Part shown: piece by piece, positions 50,701 to 64,000 of the stretch | Layout of the letters: each line of letters begins with the position of its first letter | Numbering within the stretch: the first letter of the stretch is position 1 | Assembly (NCBI GenBank): GCA_050273025.1 | Contig: CP158636.1 | Location: 2,108,001 to 2,172,000, forward strand | Origin: Cenococcum geophilum | Taxonomy: Eukaryota | Direction: 5' to 3' | DNA: 64,000 nt | Notes under the pieces: model-generated | Database searches by the model: none | The model's input: the letters and a program-made list of their open reading frames with translations, nothing else | Told to the model about the DNA's origin: nothing | Translations under genes and position numbers: made by a program

Positions 50701-53700
50701 CTAGATAGGCTCGTACCTATATTACTAGTCTTTGGCGCCTACCCTTAAATAACTAACGATTCTCTACTATCTCCCTCTATTATATAATAAGCTAAGGCTA
50801 TTCGCAAGGCAATAAAGGAGGTATAACGTCTCTACGCTACGCGCTAGGTTAACGATGTACTAGGAATAAGAAATAGCCTAAATACCTTAACTATACTTAA
50901 TCTGCCACTCCAATCGGAGGTACGCGTATGGCGTAAAAAGGGAGGATAGTTAGGCCTATATAAACTTATTATAATTAATAGTTAAACTTACACTCTTTAG
51001 ATGCCCTATAGACCTACTTAATTCCATTTAACCGTTATTAAGCCCTATTATAGGGATAATAGCTCTGAGCCTTTATAGGATACCCTAGAGGATACCCTAA
51101 AGGAGAACTATAATTAACGTGCTCTAGAAGGCGAAGGCGATTCTAATATAATTGTAGTAGACATACCGCAACTATAACGCGGTAAAGGTCGCCTAAAGGG
51201 ATTACGAAATTGCTAATATCTTATTAATTTTAAAGAGTAATTCGTTACCGCTATTAAGAATGGAGATAAACTATTAATGGCCTTTATAACAGCTAAAGAG
51301 AAGGCTAACTTTAAACTCGTAAAATAGCTTTAAAAGGAAGGCTGTATTATAACTTTAGGAGCTTCTTTCTAAGTATCTAACAAGTAGGAGATCGACGGTC
51401 TTATTGTAAGAGGAGTCTTTAAATTTAAGAAATACGACCCTACTAAGTTTGATGGAGTCCGCATATTTAAGTTAAGAATAGTTAATAAGATTAAAGGTAA
51501 AGCTACTAATACCCTATTTAAGAAGTTAAGGCTAGTTATTTAAGGTTATAATAATAATGGTAAGGAATTAATTCTTATATAATCCCTTATAATTTAACGA
51601 GCTAGTTAATAAGTTATTATTACGCTAGCTTCCTCCTTAATAAAGAATAGGATGGCGGTTTACCTATAAGATATTACTTAGGCCTACACCTAATTAGAGA
51701 CGCGCCTTTAGCGCTTAATACTAGTATACCTTCTAGAGTAAATTTGCTACCAATATCCCGAGGATACAATTATGGTTATACTTAAGCCATTATATGGAAT
51801 TGCAGAGGCAGGAACTTATTGGTGGGCTACCTACAGTAAGCACCATAAGGAGAAGCTTTTGATGACTACTTCTATATTTAATCCCTGCTTCCTTATTATA
51901 ACTACAGGAACTCTATTTAGAATTGTTAGTATATAGATAGATAATATAATTATCTTAGGAAATAACTAATTCTTAGCTCTTAAAGAAGATAAGCTAGTAA
52001 AGGTAAACCTTATAGCAAAGCCAAAGGAAAGACTTAACTTAGTAATACTATTACTCTTTAATAGATATATCCTCTCCCTAAATAAGGGCTCCATTGCTCT
52101 ACGCTAGAAGGGTTAAGGTAAGAAGATTAACGTTATTAATATTAATTCTCTAAAGTAAGGATATATGGAGTAACGCGCTCGCGGAGCTTATATAGCTTTT
52201 ATTTGTTAACCTAAGGCTTCCTTTAATCTCTCTGTTGCCGCTTAACACTAGGAATTAACTAAGGATAATGTTCTTGCCCTAAATAAGCGTTTTTCCTAGT
52301 AAATAAACCATTTTAACAGGGGATTACTCTATATGCCTATTAACCTTCCTACTACTAAGCTCTTCGTATTTGTTAATAGATTGTTTATAAATAATAAAGA
52401 TTTTAGCTCCTAGCTAGGATATAAGATTATTATCGCGAACAAATCTACTAAAGAGAATGACTTTATAATCTACGGTAACTTTATCTATTAGAGCTTAACT
52501 AAGAGTAAGTACGTTACTTAAAGCGTTCTAGCGTTAAAGATATATAGAATAGTCGGCGGAGTTGATATAGTAATTGCAATTGGAACTACCCTTAAGATAA
52601 TTATAGACCGGCTTAAACTTCCCGCTATTCCTACGATCGTATGCACCGACTTATATTCCCTCTATAAGTGTTTAGTTAAGCTTAGTACTATAAAGGAGAA
52701 GCGTTTTATAATCGATATTATGGTACTTTAGCAGTCCTATAAGTGTTAAGAACTCTTTAAGATCTAATGGATTAATAGCTAAGATAACCCAGTAGATACG
52801 ATGACGAAGGTAAACCTAAATAAGGCACTAGAGACGTTTATTAATATAAATACTCTACGTGTACGAGTTAAAGGTTAGGTTAAGAGGGAAATTTAGAGAA
52901 GTTAAAATCTTATAGAACTTTAACCGCCGGTTAAAGTTGTCTAATTGGTTAGATTCTTGCTAAGAGCGCCGCGCCTAATTAATTTAGGTGGCGGTGTGGA
53001 CTTCTGCTAACTAATTAGGATTTTCCATGCCTGGTATAGAAAATCGCTATTGGCTTGCTTACTACTAGCGTCTTGGCGGCCCACCCGTCTTTGCGTTATC
53101 TATTAAATTCTGCTAACTGCCGCATTGTTATATATTGTCTGGTTTTATTATATATTATCTAGTTTTGTTATATATTGTCTAATATTGTTATATACTGTCT
53201 GTTTGTATATATATATATATGGCAACCACAAAAAGAAGAGTTGCTAGTGTTGGGAATAAGGTAAGTTGCCGTCGTATGAAGCATATTGCCGTTACGTGTC
53301 GACGTGGCCCTAGCGTGGTGAGGAACCTTAAGTTCCTTACCCCTTTCCTTATTCCTATTAATAAGAATTAACTAACATTACTGTAACCCTACTCGAGTAG
53401 TCGTTATTGGTGAGTCACCCTGTATTTCTAATATAAAGAATGGTCTTAATACGTTTTAGTAATATATTAATAATACGCTTTATAAATTCCTTAATATATT
53501 TATTACTACGTATATTAATAATATCTTAATCTATATATCTTTACTTTTTAAGTATTAGAAGTATATTTAAATAGTTTTTAAACGCCTATAAGATGCGGGC
53601 TTATAATATAATATTAAGAAATATAAGTTCTACGAGTCTAAAGTTATATACTTAGGCCTAATTATATCCTGTAATAGAATTAAAATAGACCCTAAGAAAA

Positions 53701-54452
53701 TCGCTGTAATTATAAACTAGGAAAGTCCTAGTAGTATATAAAATATCTAAAGATTTTTAGAATTTGCAAATTTCTATTATTAATTTATTAATTACTTTTT
53801 AAAAATTGTTTAGTTATTAGTAAACTTAATAAGAAAGAATATAAGATTTAAATAGACTACTAAATATAAATAAGCTTTTAACAACCTAAAATATTATTTT
53901 ATAACTGCTTTAATTTTTACCTACTTTAATCTAAACCTTAAATATATTATTAAAACAGACTTATCTAATTATATACTAGGAGGAGTATTATTACAATATA
54001 ATAAAAACGGCGAGCTACGCCTAGTAGCCTTTCTCTTCTAAAAACTTACCCCTACTAAATTAAACTATAAGATTTATAATAAGGAACTACTTATAATTGT
54101 TAGATATTTTAAATAATAGTATCTAGAATTTAAAGGATTGTTATTTCTAATACGCGTATTAACGGACTATAAAAACCTATAGTACTTTATAACTATAAAG
54201 CAATTAATATAACGCCAAATTTATTAGGCTAAATACCTCTTATAATTTAACTTTAAGATTATATACTAACCTAGCAAACTTAATTAGAAGCCTAACTTAT
54301 TAATATAATAATTATAGGACTTACCTACTAACGCCTCTAATAAACGGATTATAAATTAATTATAAATTCTACTACCCCTTAAACGCTTTAAGAAACTACG
54401 CCCTATATTTTTAAACGCGGAGCTTATATTAGGTAAAACCTAAGTAGATAGT

Positions 54453-57400
54453 TATATAGCCGCAAGGTATAGGCGACCCTAGGGTAACCTAGGGGTGACT
54501 CGCCTGTAAGGCACGTGCTCTATATATACTTAGGAAAAACCCTTTCTACCTCGTATATAGACTCCTTTTTTTCCCTTAAGGATTTGTCTCTATCTATATA
54601 ATATACCCATTATTCTATTATTAGACTCCCTATCTATATCCTTACCTTATATTTAAATTCTTACCAATCCCCTTAGAAGGATAGCTGGTTTAATTTTTTT
54701 ATAATACCTCTAAAAAGAAAACCAACGCCTATACTTAATGGTAATACGCTAGCAATATAACCGTAGAACGCCTTAGGATCTAGTGTAGACGAAACCGCTA
54801 AAAGCACACTAGTAGCATTTAAGCCATTTTCTAAATCTTAAAACGATTAGATATCTATAAACGCTAAAGATTAGTTTAACTTATATACCTAGGCTTAATA
54901 GGAGCTTAGTAAGGTTACTAGTGTCCTACCTAATACCGCTAATATAAAGGAGCTAGATAAGCTAAATAAGAAAATAGCTAACTTATAGAGCATTATTAAT
55001 TTAATAAAGCCCTCTTATTGCCTCTTTAGTAAAGAGTATAAGTTATATAGCGAATGTATACGCCGATTAAATCTTAATGCCCTGGTTAAGAAGTTACTAC
55101 CTAATATTAGCAGTACTACTTAACAGTATTTTAACCGGTGGATTGCCGCAGTTAAGAACTAATTTAAGGTTAATAACGCTAACTACGACTATAAGCGACG
55201 CACGCGTTAGGCTATTAAAGGTCTTATAAAAGAGAAGATAATTACCTAACTAGTTTATCGCTGGTTAGGCACTAAAAATAAGGGTCCTTTACTATAGGAT
55301 AAATTTAAGACTATAGTCTAAGACCAGATCAGAAACCCTATAGTAAGACGCTTTAATAACGCTATAATGTACTATACGGCTGTTATAAAGGAGAACTAGA
55401 GGTTTAATATCTTCTTAGCCCATATATATAGCTTAGAGGATCTCTTCTTATATACCCCTTTTATTAATTCTAAATAATAGGTAGACTTCTAGTTCTTACG
55501 TCTCCCAGCCTACCTATAAGTAGAGCTCTTCCACCAGAACTTCGCCTAATAGGTAAAAACCGCTAAAATCCTCTTTAACGAAACCCGCCGTATAGAGTAA
55601 TTGCTTAATACTATAAAGCTCGCGGAAGATCGCGTAAATAGTAGCGGCAAATTATTGCGTATAAAGCGCGGCTGCAGTATAGGCTCTATAGACTTAGGCT
55701 TAGGGAATAAAACTTAAAAAGGGCGACGCTTTTTTAAGTAAACTTCTAGGGAGATTACCTAAAAGCCGGATGGCTTAGGGGACCCCCTAAACGCTAGTAC
55801 TACGTAGGCGAGTTAAAGGACTATAGGCGGCTACCGTAAGAAATACTGGAAGTAGGCTAATAAAGAGAAATTAGCTCGGCCTTTAGAAAACCTAAAGCCC
55901 TAGTAGTGTATCTCTTTTAATTATAACTAGGGCCTAATATAGAGGGAGAGAAGAAACGTATTATAGTATACGTTGTAATAAATACACCCTAGGGCGAAGT
56001 CCGCCTATATACTTTATATAATAATAGGTACCAAATTAACCTTATTAATTAAGATATCGTCTATAGGTTTAACCTGCCTATGCGCTACGCGCTACGTTTA
56101 CGTAAACCTATTATACGTTTTCTTAATAGCAACCAGATAATAATTTAGAATGCTTATAATCTAATAGTTACTACTAGCGACTCCTAGGGTACATCTCGCA
56201 CTATTAGCCCGCAGACCTTTTAGGGCGGCTTATTTAATAGTTATAATATAATTCTTAGATAGGATTGGCTCGCGGAAGTAGATTTATTAATTAGCTTCCG
56301 TTCTAGATAGTTTATCTAGAGTACTTCGGACCCTAAACGCCTCTAAATAGTTACCCTTAACACTCTCTTAGCAGATTTTAAGGCTAGTGAAATAGTCTAT
56401 TCGCTATAGCCAGAAGACTCCTTTTTTACGCCGGTTGTAAATATAATAGAGGACCTGTTATTACTAGCAGCGAGTACCTATATAGACCCTTTAGACGTAA
56501 AGACACCGGTTATAAATATAGTAGAGGGCTTACCGTTATTGGCAGTAAGTATCTATAGAGACCCTCTAGTGCTAGCGTAGATTACCTATATGTAAGGGGA
56601 AGGTGATTAAAACCCCGAAACTATTAAGTATACTATAGTAGAGCGATATATACTTTTAATGCAAGCATACCTATAAAACATATATTAGCTATACCCTTCT
56701 CTTTACTAGCTCCCGGAAGCACACTACTATATAATAATTACTTTAACCTCTATAGCCCCTAGCCTACCAGATATATATAAGGAGGAAATTAATATCTTCT
56801 CTAATAAGTTAGCAAGTATACTACTATAGAACTCTAAGTATGACTATATAATTAACTTAGAAGAAGGCAAGATACTACTATAGATACCCCTTCATAACCT
56901 CTTATAGAAAGAGTTATAGATCTTATAAGAGTACCTAGACAGTGCTCTTAAAAAGGGCTAAATTAGGCCTAGTAAGTTGCCTGCTAGAGCGCCTATCCTC
57001 TTCGTACTAAAAGTAGACGGTATAATGCAGCTATACGTTAACTATAGACGCCTAAATAAGATTATAATTAAAAATCGGTACCCCCTACTACTAGTCGGCG
57101 AACTCTTTAATAGGCTTAGCTATGCGAAGATATTTATAAAGTTAGATCTTTATAATGCGTACTATAGGATTTGCATTAAAAAGGGAGACGAATGGAAGAC
57201 CGCATTTAAGATACATTATGGTCACTTTAAGTACCTAGTAATGCCCTTTAGTCTTACTAACGCCCCTATAACTTTCTAGAGCTATATTTATAAAGCTCTA
57301 GAAACCCTAGTAGATACTATTTATATAGTTTACTAAGATAATATTCTTATCTACTTAAATAACGAGGACAAGTACGTTAAGTATGTTAAGTAGGTACTAT

Positions 57401-58414
57401 AATAGCTCCGCGCTTAGGGCCTATACGCCAAACTATTAAAATATATCTTTTATACTAAGAATATTAAGTTCCTAAGCTTTATTATTACCCCTAGGGGTAT
57501 TATAATAAACACTAACCGCGTAAAAGCTATTAAGGAATGGCCTAAGCCTAAATCCTATAGAGATATCTAGGTCTTCCTTAGCTTTGCTAACTTCTATAGG
57601 CGATTTATCTAGAACTACTTGGATACTGTATACCCCCTATACGTATATCTTATATGGGTATATTATAACCTAATATTAGATAGGGAGAAGAAGAAAAAGC
57701 GTAAGTTAAAAGGGCTTACTAAATAGTATTAACCCTAGTCCTGGTCTAATAACGTATAGTAGGCATTCTATAAGTTACGCGCTGTGTTTATATAAGCTCC
57801 TCTACTTCGCTACTTTAACCCTAATTTACTCCTAGTAGTAATTACTAACGCTTTTAACTATACCTATAGTAGTATATTTCTACAGCCTTTAGGGTAGGAA
57901 GATTAACTCTACTAGTACCTAATTACCTACTATAGTTAGAAGCTTACTAGCCTAGAAGCATAGTATAATACGCATAATAAAGAACTACTCGCTATAGTGC
58001 AATGCTTTAAGATGTGGCGCTATTACCTTAAATACGCCGCGTATATAACGCGCGTGCTCTGCGATTATAATAATCTTAGGTACTTTATAACCACTAAGAG
58101 CTTATCTGCTTACTAGGCCTAGTACGCTAAGGAACTAGCTAAGTTTAATTTTAAGATTAAATATAAGCTAGGTAAAGTAAATCCCGCTAATATACTATTC
58201 TAGCGCCTAGATTATACTAAAGGCTTTAAAGATAGTAGTAAGAGGATAATCCTTAATACTATATTGCCTATATTATAGCAAAAGTTGCGGGTTATAGGCC
58301 TTATGGGTAGCCCTAGTACTATTATACTAAACTAGTAAGTAGTATACGTATAGTATATAAGCGACCCTTAAAAACTTAGCGCCGGCGGACTAAAGCGTCC
58401 TACTATTATGGTGG
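54453..58414 (+). mobile_element. Ty3/Gypsy element H (5' LTR, gag, protease, RT, RNase H), interrupted by I
   Basis: LTR-like ~54453-54651 (start uncertain). The track ORF 56977-57279 is an RT fragment (APILFVLK...[15 protein letters not shown]...[11 protein letters not shown]...EWKTAF...MPFSLTNAP). RNase H YNTHNKELLAIV near 57965. Confidence 0.87.
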
Positions 58415-60180
58415 TGTGATTTGGGCCCTAGATTTAACATTTAGATTAGGTATAGCTTCGGGAGAGCCTAGGCCTTCTATAAGTTATATAGATCGGTCTA
58501 GAGCCCTTAAAGTCTTTAATAACTTAGGCGAGACCAATAGATATACAATTTTCCTTTAATACACTCTTTTCTTTCTCTTCTTACTGCTTAATTCTAACTA
58601 ATGGTAACCGACTAACAGATAGCACTAAGACTTTCCTATCTTAGAGAGGTTGTACCCTCCTATATATTTTATAGCATTCTATATAGGGACGACGGCAAGC
58701 TCTTCAGATTAGAAGTCTGGTGCTCTATATATAGGAGACGTATAGGAACGATTTGGAACTGCGATAGAATAACCGAGATAAAAAAGCACGGGCATATTAG
58801 CGACCTGTATGCAGCCACCGCCACAAAGAATAAACTAATAACACTTGCCGAGCTCTCTATACGGGAATAGTGGTCGGCAAGTAGCGATAAGAAGGCGAGT
58901 ACGTAGCATAGTAAGACGAAGGATAAAAGGAAGGACTATAGTACACCAGGAATAGCAGAGAAAAGTCTTTTATATTTTATTTACTATATTTATAACGGTT
59001 TATACTATCATTTTCGCATTTATTAAAGCTACCTTTAAATTTATAACAATAGCGATAGTACTAGCAAAGGGATTATTAGGAATGTTAGGCCCATTCTATA
59101 ATAACGGTAAAGGTACTAAAAAGGGAGAGGAAAGTAAACAGCTTATTAAATCACAAAGCTCTCCTAAACTAGGGCATATAATACTAACCCTGACTCCTAT
59201 AATATTAGGGACCGATAACCCTTAATAGATAGAGGATAAGGGTTATAAGGTCCACCTACCTATCCCTAGAGAAACTGTAAGTCCGCTACCTTTTACTAAA
59301 CTACTAATAGAACGAGATAAGGTATATATTATAGCCCAGCCTATGCCGGCTCTGGGAACCCCTAGGACCCCTTACTTTACAGGACAAAATATATTATAAT
59401 TTATCAAACAATATAAGCGGTTATATATCCGGCACTATATTACGGATAATAAGAAGTATTAAGGACTTCTAGAGTATTACAACTATTAGATAGGGATATA
59501 GATCTAAAGTCTACCTAAGTTTACTATTAGTAACTGGATGGAACTTATAGGAAAGCTTAGGATAGACTATTAAGGAAGTAACTACTTTTAATAAGTTAAA
59601 ATAGTAGAATTCTTAAAAGCTTATATACTGTAGTGTAGGAACAGTCTACCTAGCAGTATACGCAAATACTATAAATAGTTCACGTTAATCTTCTAGAAGG
59701 TTACTAAGGCTAGCAATTTAGAAAACCGCAAACAAGGGTACTGGTTTATAAGAGGACTCCTATTTAAATATTAAAGATATATAATAACTAAAATAGGAGC
59801 CTACCCTAATAGGCGAGAGTCTTTTAACTTCTACCTGCTAAGGAGAGCTATAGAAGATAGGCTTAATTTATATAAAGGCGCTAATTGGTTATTAATAATA
59901 AATCCTAAGGAATAAGGCCTTCGTTAGCTAGTTGGATAATTCTATAATTAGTAACTAGCTATAATAAACTAAAGAAATGCTGCCCTTTAACCACCTATAG
60001 TCTCTTAGCTAAGCGAGTCGGCAAATACCTATTAAACGACTTAGGAAACAGACCCCGAACTAAAGAAACTTACTAATTAACTCCGGAAGCTTAATTTTGG
60101 GATAGTTAAATTAGCAGATATTATATCTTTAATGCCATTCCTAGATAGGATTCGCTAAGATCTAATATAGCACACATAGC
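58415..60180 (+). mobile_element. LTR element I (741-bp 5' LTR plus gag start), interrupted by A copy 2
   Basis: TGTGATTT (58415)...AAATCACA (59155) inverted termini; gag-like MPALGTPRTPYFTGQN at 59343. Confidence 0.75.
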
Positions 60181-63100
60181 TGTTACGGGACACCCCCGTA
60201 ACACCTTGCACACGTCTACCTGTTTCCACCGACTTAGCAATTAGAGACTAACCGCGAAATGGCAATCTAACGGCAATCCGATGGCAATCTACGGCATTCT
60301 GCCATATTCTGCCAAGTTTTACCAAATTCTGCCAAGTTCTGCTAGGACCACGACCTAAACCCTATTCTGCCTATGCACGTATTAACTAAGCAACTAAGTT
60401 AACAATATATGCCCTTTCTTCCCGTTTTCCTACCTTCTTTCCTTATACAACGTCTTAACTTTATTACGCAGTTTATATACATAGCTTAATAATACCTACT
60501 TCGCTATATATTATTACCGCTTATGCTTACTCCGTGATACTACGTTGCGTTAAAAACTTATACTACCCTCTAAAAATGCAGAACGACCCTAAAGCCCCTA
60601 TAACGGCCGACGCTATTATAGCCGCACTCTAAGAACAATTAGTAGGTATATAGAAGTCCTTTATAAACACCCTTATATAGCACTAAGCCACTTTAACTTA
60701 ATAGCAAGCCGAATAAGAAGTATAATAATAACAATTAATTAAAGCACTTTAAGAAGAAGTCCGCATCCTTAAGATGCCTATATTAAGGCCCTAAGACTAA
60801 ACGCTATCTTTAGAGATGAATACGCGGAATATAAGCCCCAAATTAGTAGTAGTTACTTACCCTATAAAGCCGACTACCGTACTAAAATGATCTAAGAAAC
60901 TACTAGACCCTCTAGTATTTACCAGTAAATAATAAAAGCTTTAGTTATTTTTAAGCCGGCTTAAGAATAAGCTAACTAGTAATACTAACCGCTACCTAAC
61001 CAAAGCTAATCGACTCTATTACGCCCTAAGTTAACTAGAAGAAGACGTAGCTAACCTTATTAAACTTCTCTAACTAAACTTAGTATAAAGCCTAGTTACA
61101 CTTCTTAAAGCTATATACGGTAACCCGAACCGCTAAGCTACTACTTAAAGAAAGATAAACTAAATAACTTAAGAAAAGAAAAGTTTCCTAATATACTTCT
61201 CCGAATTTAACCGCTACGCAAAGGAAATAGGCTGGAATAACTCCATACTAATTAACAGCCTCGTTAAATCCCTAAGCCCTAAACTGAAAACCTCCCTAAT
61301 AGGCGTAGACCTCCTAGAAACTCTTAACGCCTACATAAACGTTATTAATAAACGGTATAACAATATACTACGCCTTATACTAAAGCCCGTTTATTAGTAT
61401 AATACAATAACCCTATAAACGCCTACTAAGTTATTATCTTAACCTAAGCACCCTAACGCTATAGATATTAACACTAGGACCCTAGGATACGCCCTATTAG
61501 GGTCCTTTAAATAAGAATAATATATTAAGCTAGGCCTCTGCTTTAAATATAGAAGTAGCTCCTACCTCTTAAACTACTACTCCGTCCCTATGCCCCAAAA
61601 CAATTTATAAACGGCTAGTACTAGCAGCCGTTTACTATATTAATCTTCCGGTTACCGTCCCCAATCTTTATCTAGTTCCACCCCTATATCTAGTAAGCAC
61701 CACTTATAAGGATAAAGCTCTAACCGACGTCCTATAAGAACCCCGCCCTAATTACCTCTAAAAGAAAGGTTCTGGAGCTAAGTCGCTCTTTAGAACAGCT
61801 CTGTTATAGGATCTCGTTAAACGTATTTAACGTTATAAACTCTAACTCTTAGGACTATAGTATAACTATTGACTGCCGCCTTTAGCAGAATAGTTAAAAG
61901 GCTAATGCTCGAATCCTAATTAATACAGGAGCTAGCGGTATAGGATTTATTAATAGGATCTTTGCGTAAAATAATGGTTTTACCTTAACCCCCCTTAACC
62001 GGCATATTAACGTATTTGGATTTAATAGCAAACGCACTATCTTAGGCCGTATTACCTACGTGGTAGCCCTAAAACTCTAATACCTAAACCATAAAGAACT
62101 AATTAAGCTTTTTATTACTACCCTAGGTTACCTAGTAATCCTTAGATAACCCTAGATAAAGCTATATAAGGTAACCATTAATTAGGACAACCTTAAGCTT
62201 CTATTTACCGCCTCCCGTTATAAGTAGAAGTATTATATAATGCACTACCTTAACCCCAAACTAAAATCTAGGAAATCCGCTAAGATCCACTAGTCTAAGA
62301 TTTCTATTAATATCCACCCTATACCTAAGGAATCTACCAGATTCCACTAACCTAGGAATTCCACTAAATTCCACTAGCGTAAGATTTCTACTAACATCTA
62401 TTAAGGATCTAGGAATTCTACCAAACTCCATAAATTAGCCCTAAGCACTGCACCGCCCTAAGCTAAGTAAAAGCTTAAGCTCTATACACGAAAATACTAA
62501 AAGGACTAGTATTTTACTATAAAAAGAATTTTTAAAGAACCCAAACTTAAATTTAATACTAACTCTATACCTAATACTAAACCTAAACCTAAATAAGAAA
62601 CTATAGACAATCTAAGCAAGCTTAGCACCCTAGATATCCGCATAATTAGAGTTACCCTGCTAGCGCAACTTACTAAGAAACCCAAATATACGATCTTCGC
62701 TATTACGATAGCCGATATTAAGAAGGCCTTAGTACTAAAGAAGCATACTAACCCTACCACGAAGGTACTAATAGAGTATTATTATCGCCTAGATATATTC
62801 TTATAAAAGAAAGCCAATAAGCTACTAAAACACCAACTATATAACTATAAGATTATACTTAAAGAAGGAAAGCAGCCCGGATTTGGACCCTTATATGGGA
62901 TATCCCAAAATAAACTCTAAGTGCTACGAAAGTATTTAGACGAAAACCTAAGTAAAGAATTTATTAGAGTAAGCTTATTGCCTATAGCCGTACTAGTAAT
63001 CTTTATTAAGAAACCTAGCGGCGGTCTACACTTCTATATAGACTACTAAACTCTTAACGCCGTTACCGTTAAAAACTAATATCTAATCCCGTTAATATAA

Positions 63101-64000
63101 GAGACGCTAAACTAACTAAGTAAGGCTTATTACTACACGAAGCTTAATATTATCTCTATATTTAACCGTCTCCGTATTGCAAAAGGGGACGAATGGCTTA
63201 CTGCATTTTATACCCGATATAGACTATTTAAGTACTTAGTAATACCCTTCGGCCTTATAAACGCTCTGAGCTTGTTTTAACATTATATAAATAACACCCT
63301 ACGCCCCTACCTGGACATCTTCTATACTGCTTATATTAACGACATCCTAATATATAGTAATAACCTAATTAAATATTAGAAATACGTTAACCTTGTCCTA
63401 TAAGCCCTATATAAAGCTAGTCTATAATTAGATATAGATAAATGCGAGTTTTATAAAACGGAAGTTTTATACCTTAGACTCCTTATTTCTATAAATAGTA
63501 TATAAATGGACCTAAAGAAAGTTAAAGTAATTGTAAACTAGTAAGAACCCGAGAACGTTAAGGACGTAAGAGCCTTTATAGGATTTGCTAATTTCTACTA
63601 ATAGTTTATTAATAACTTCTCCGCCCTAGTTTTACCTCTTATAGCTCTAACCCAAAAGGATAAAGTCTTTGTCTTTAACAAGGAATGTAAAAAGGCCTTT
63701 ACCTATCTAAAGGTTATATTTACTACTGCGCCTATACTCTAATACTTTAACCTAAACCAAATAAGTGTTATAGAAGCTGACTTATCTAACTACGTTATTA
63801 GAGGCATCCTATTTTAATATAACAAGGATAGAGTATTGCACCCTATAGTATACTTCTTAAAATAACTAAGCCTAGCTAAATATAACTACAAGATCTACAA
63901 TAAGGAATTGTTAGCTATTATTAGGTGTTTTAAATAATAGCGACCCGAACTAGAAGGCGCTGGATTTTTAATTAAGGTCCTTAGCAACCATAAAAACCTA
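60181..64000 (+). mobile_element. Ty3/Gypsy family A copy 2 (5' LTR, gag, protease, RT, RNase H; runs off the window)
   Basis: LTR 60181-60539 homologous to 10351-10742; gag from ~60576; protease ILINTGASG near 61912; RT YINDILIYS near 63333; 62629-64000 collinear with 1-1093 plus 8302 onward. Confidence 0.94.

Larger units (their letters stand above)
47147..53433 (+). mobile_element. Full-length Ty1/Copia LTR retrotransposon, RIP-inactivated
   Basis: 186-bp LTRs at 47147-47332 and 53248-53433; TSD TAAAG. Domain order: gag (ATG 47842), protease (PDTRAAG near 49725), integrase (LHCYFSHLS near 50116), RT (KPLYGIAEAG near 51785), RNase H (CTDLYSLY near 52642). PPT at 53229-53247. Confidence 0.95.
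44384..54452 (+). mobile_element. Ty3/Gypsy element E (A-related; 5' LTR, gag, protease, RT, RNase H), interrupted by Copia and by H
   Basis: LTR ~44384-44727; gag knuckle CFKYSKRGYI*RNC near 45740; protease LIDSGATN near 46045; RT split at 47146/53439 (YINNILIY near 53510); RNase H YKIYNKELL near 54065. Confidence 0.88.

Overview
This is an AT-rich fungal (ascomycete-type) transposon graveyard heavily mutated by RIP: TpA is abundant, CpA/TpG is scarce, LTR pairs differ almost only by C>T/G>A, and no intact gene remains. It resolves into nested insertions: at least 8 Ty3/Gypsy copies or fragments, one full-length Ty1/Copia, one internally deleted Copia, two solo LTRs, a pogo/Fot1-like TIR transposon and two short non-LTR elements with 13-14 bp TSDs. 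Two older, non-retroelement tracts sit underneath. Tract 1 (10743-18632) holds a RIP-killed, intron-containing SNF2-family ATPase gene, a 75-bp tandem array and a 167-bp fold-back that abuts an interrupted Gypsy gag; it may be a helicase-carrying mobile element. Tract 2 (32272-38225) holds a RIP-killed CryptonF-type tyrosine recombinase (NDC10-II-like plus GCR1_C-like) followed by several co-oriented degenerate ORFs. A palindromic 3'-UTR module is shared by two Gypsy elements and the Copia. All protein calls come from manual translation with RIP reversion; no database was searched.
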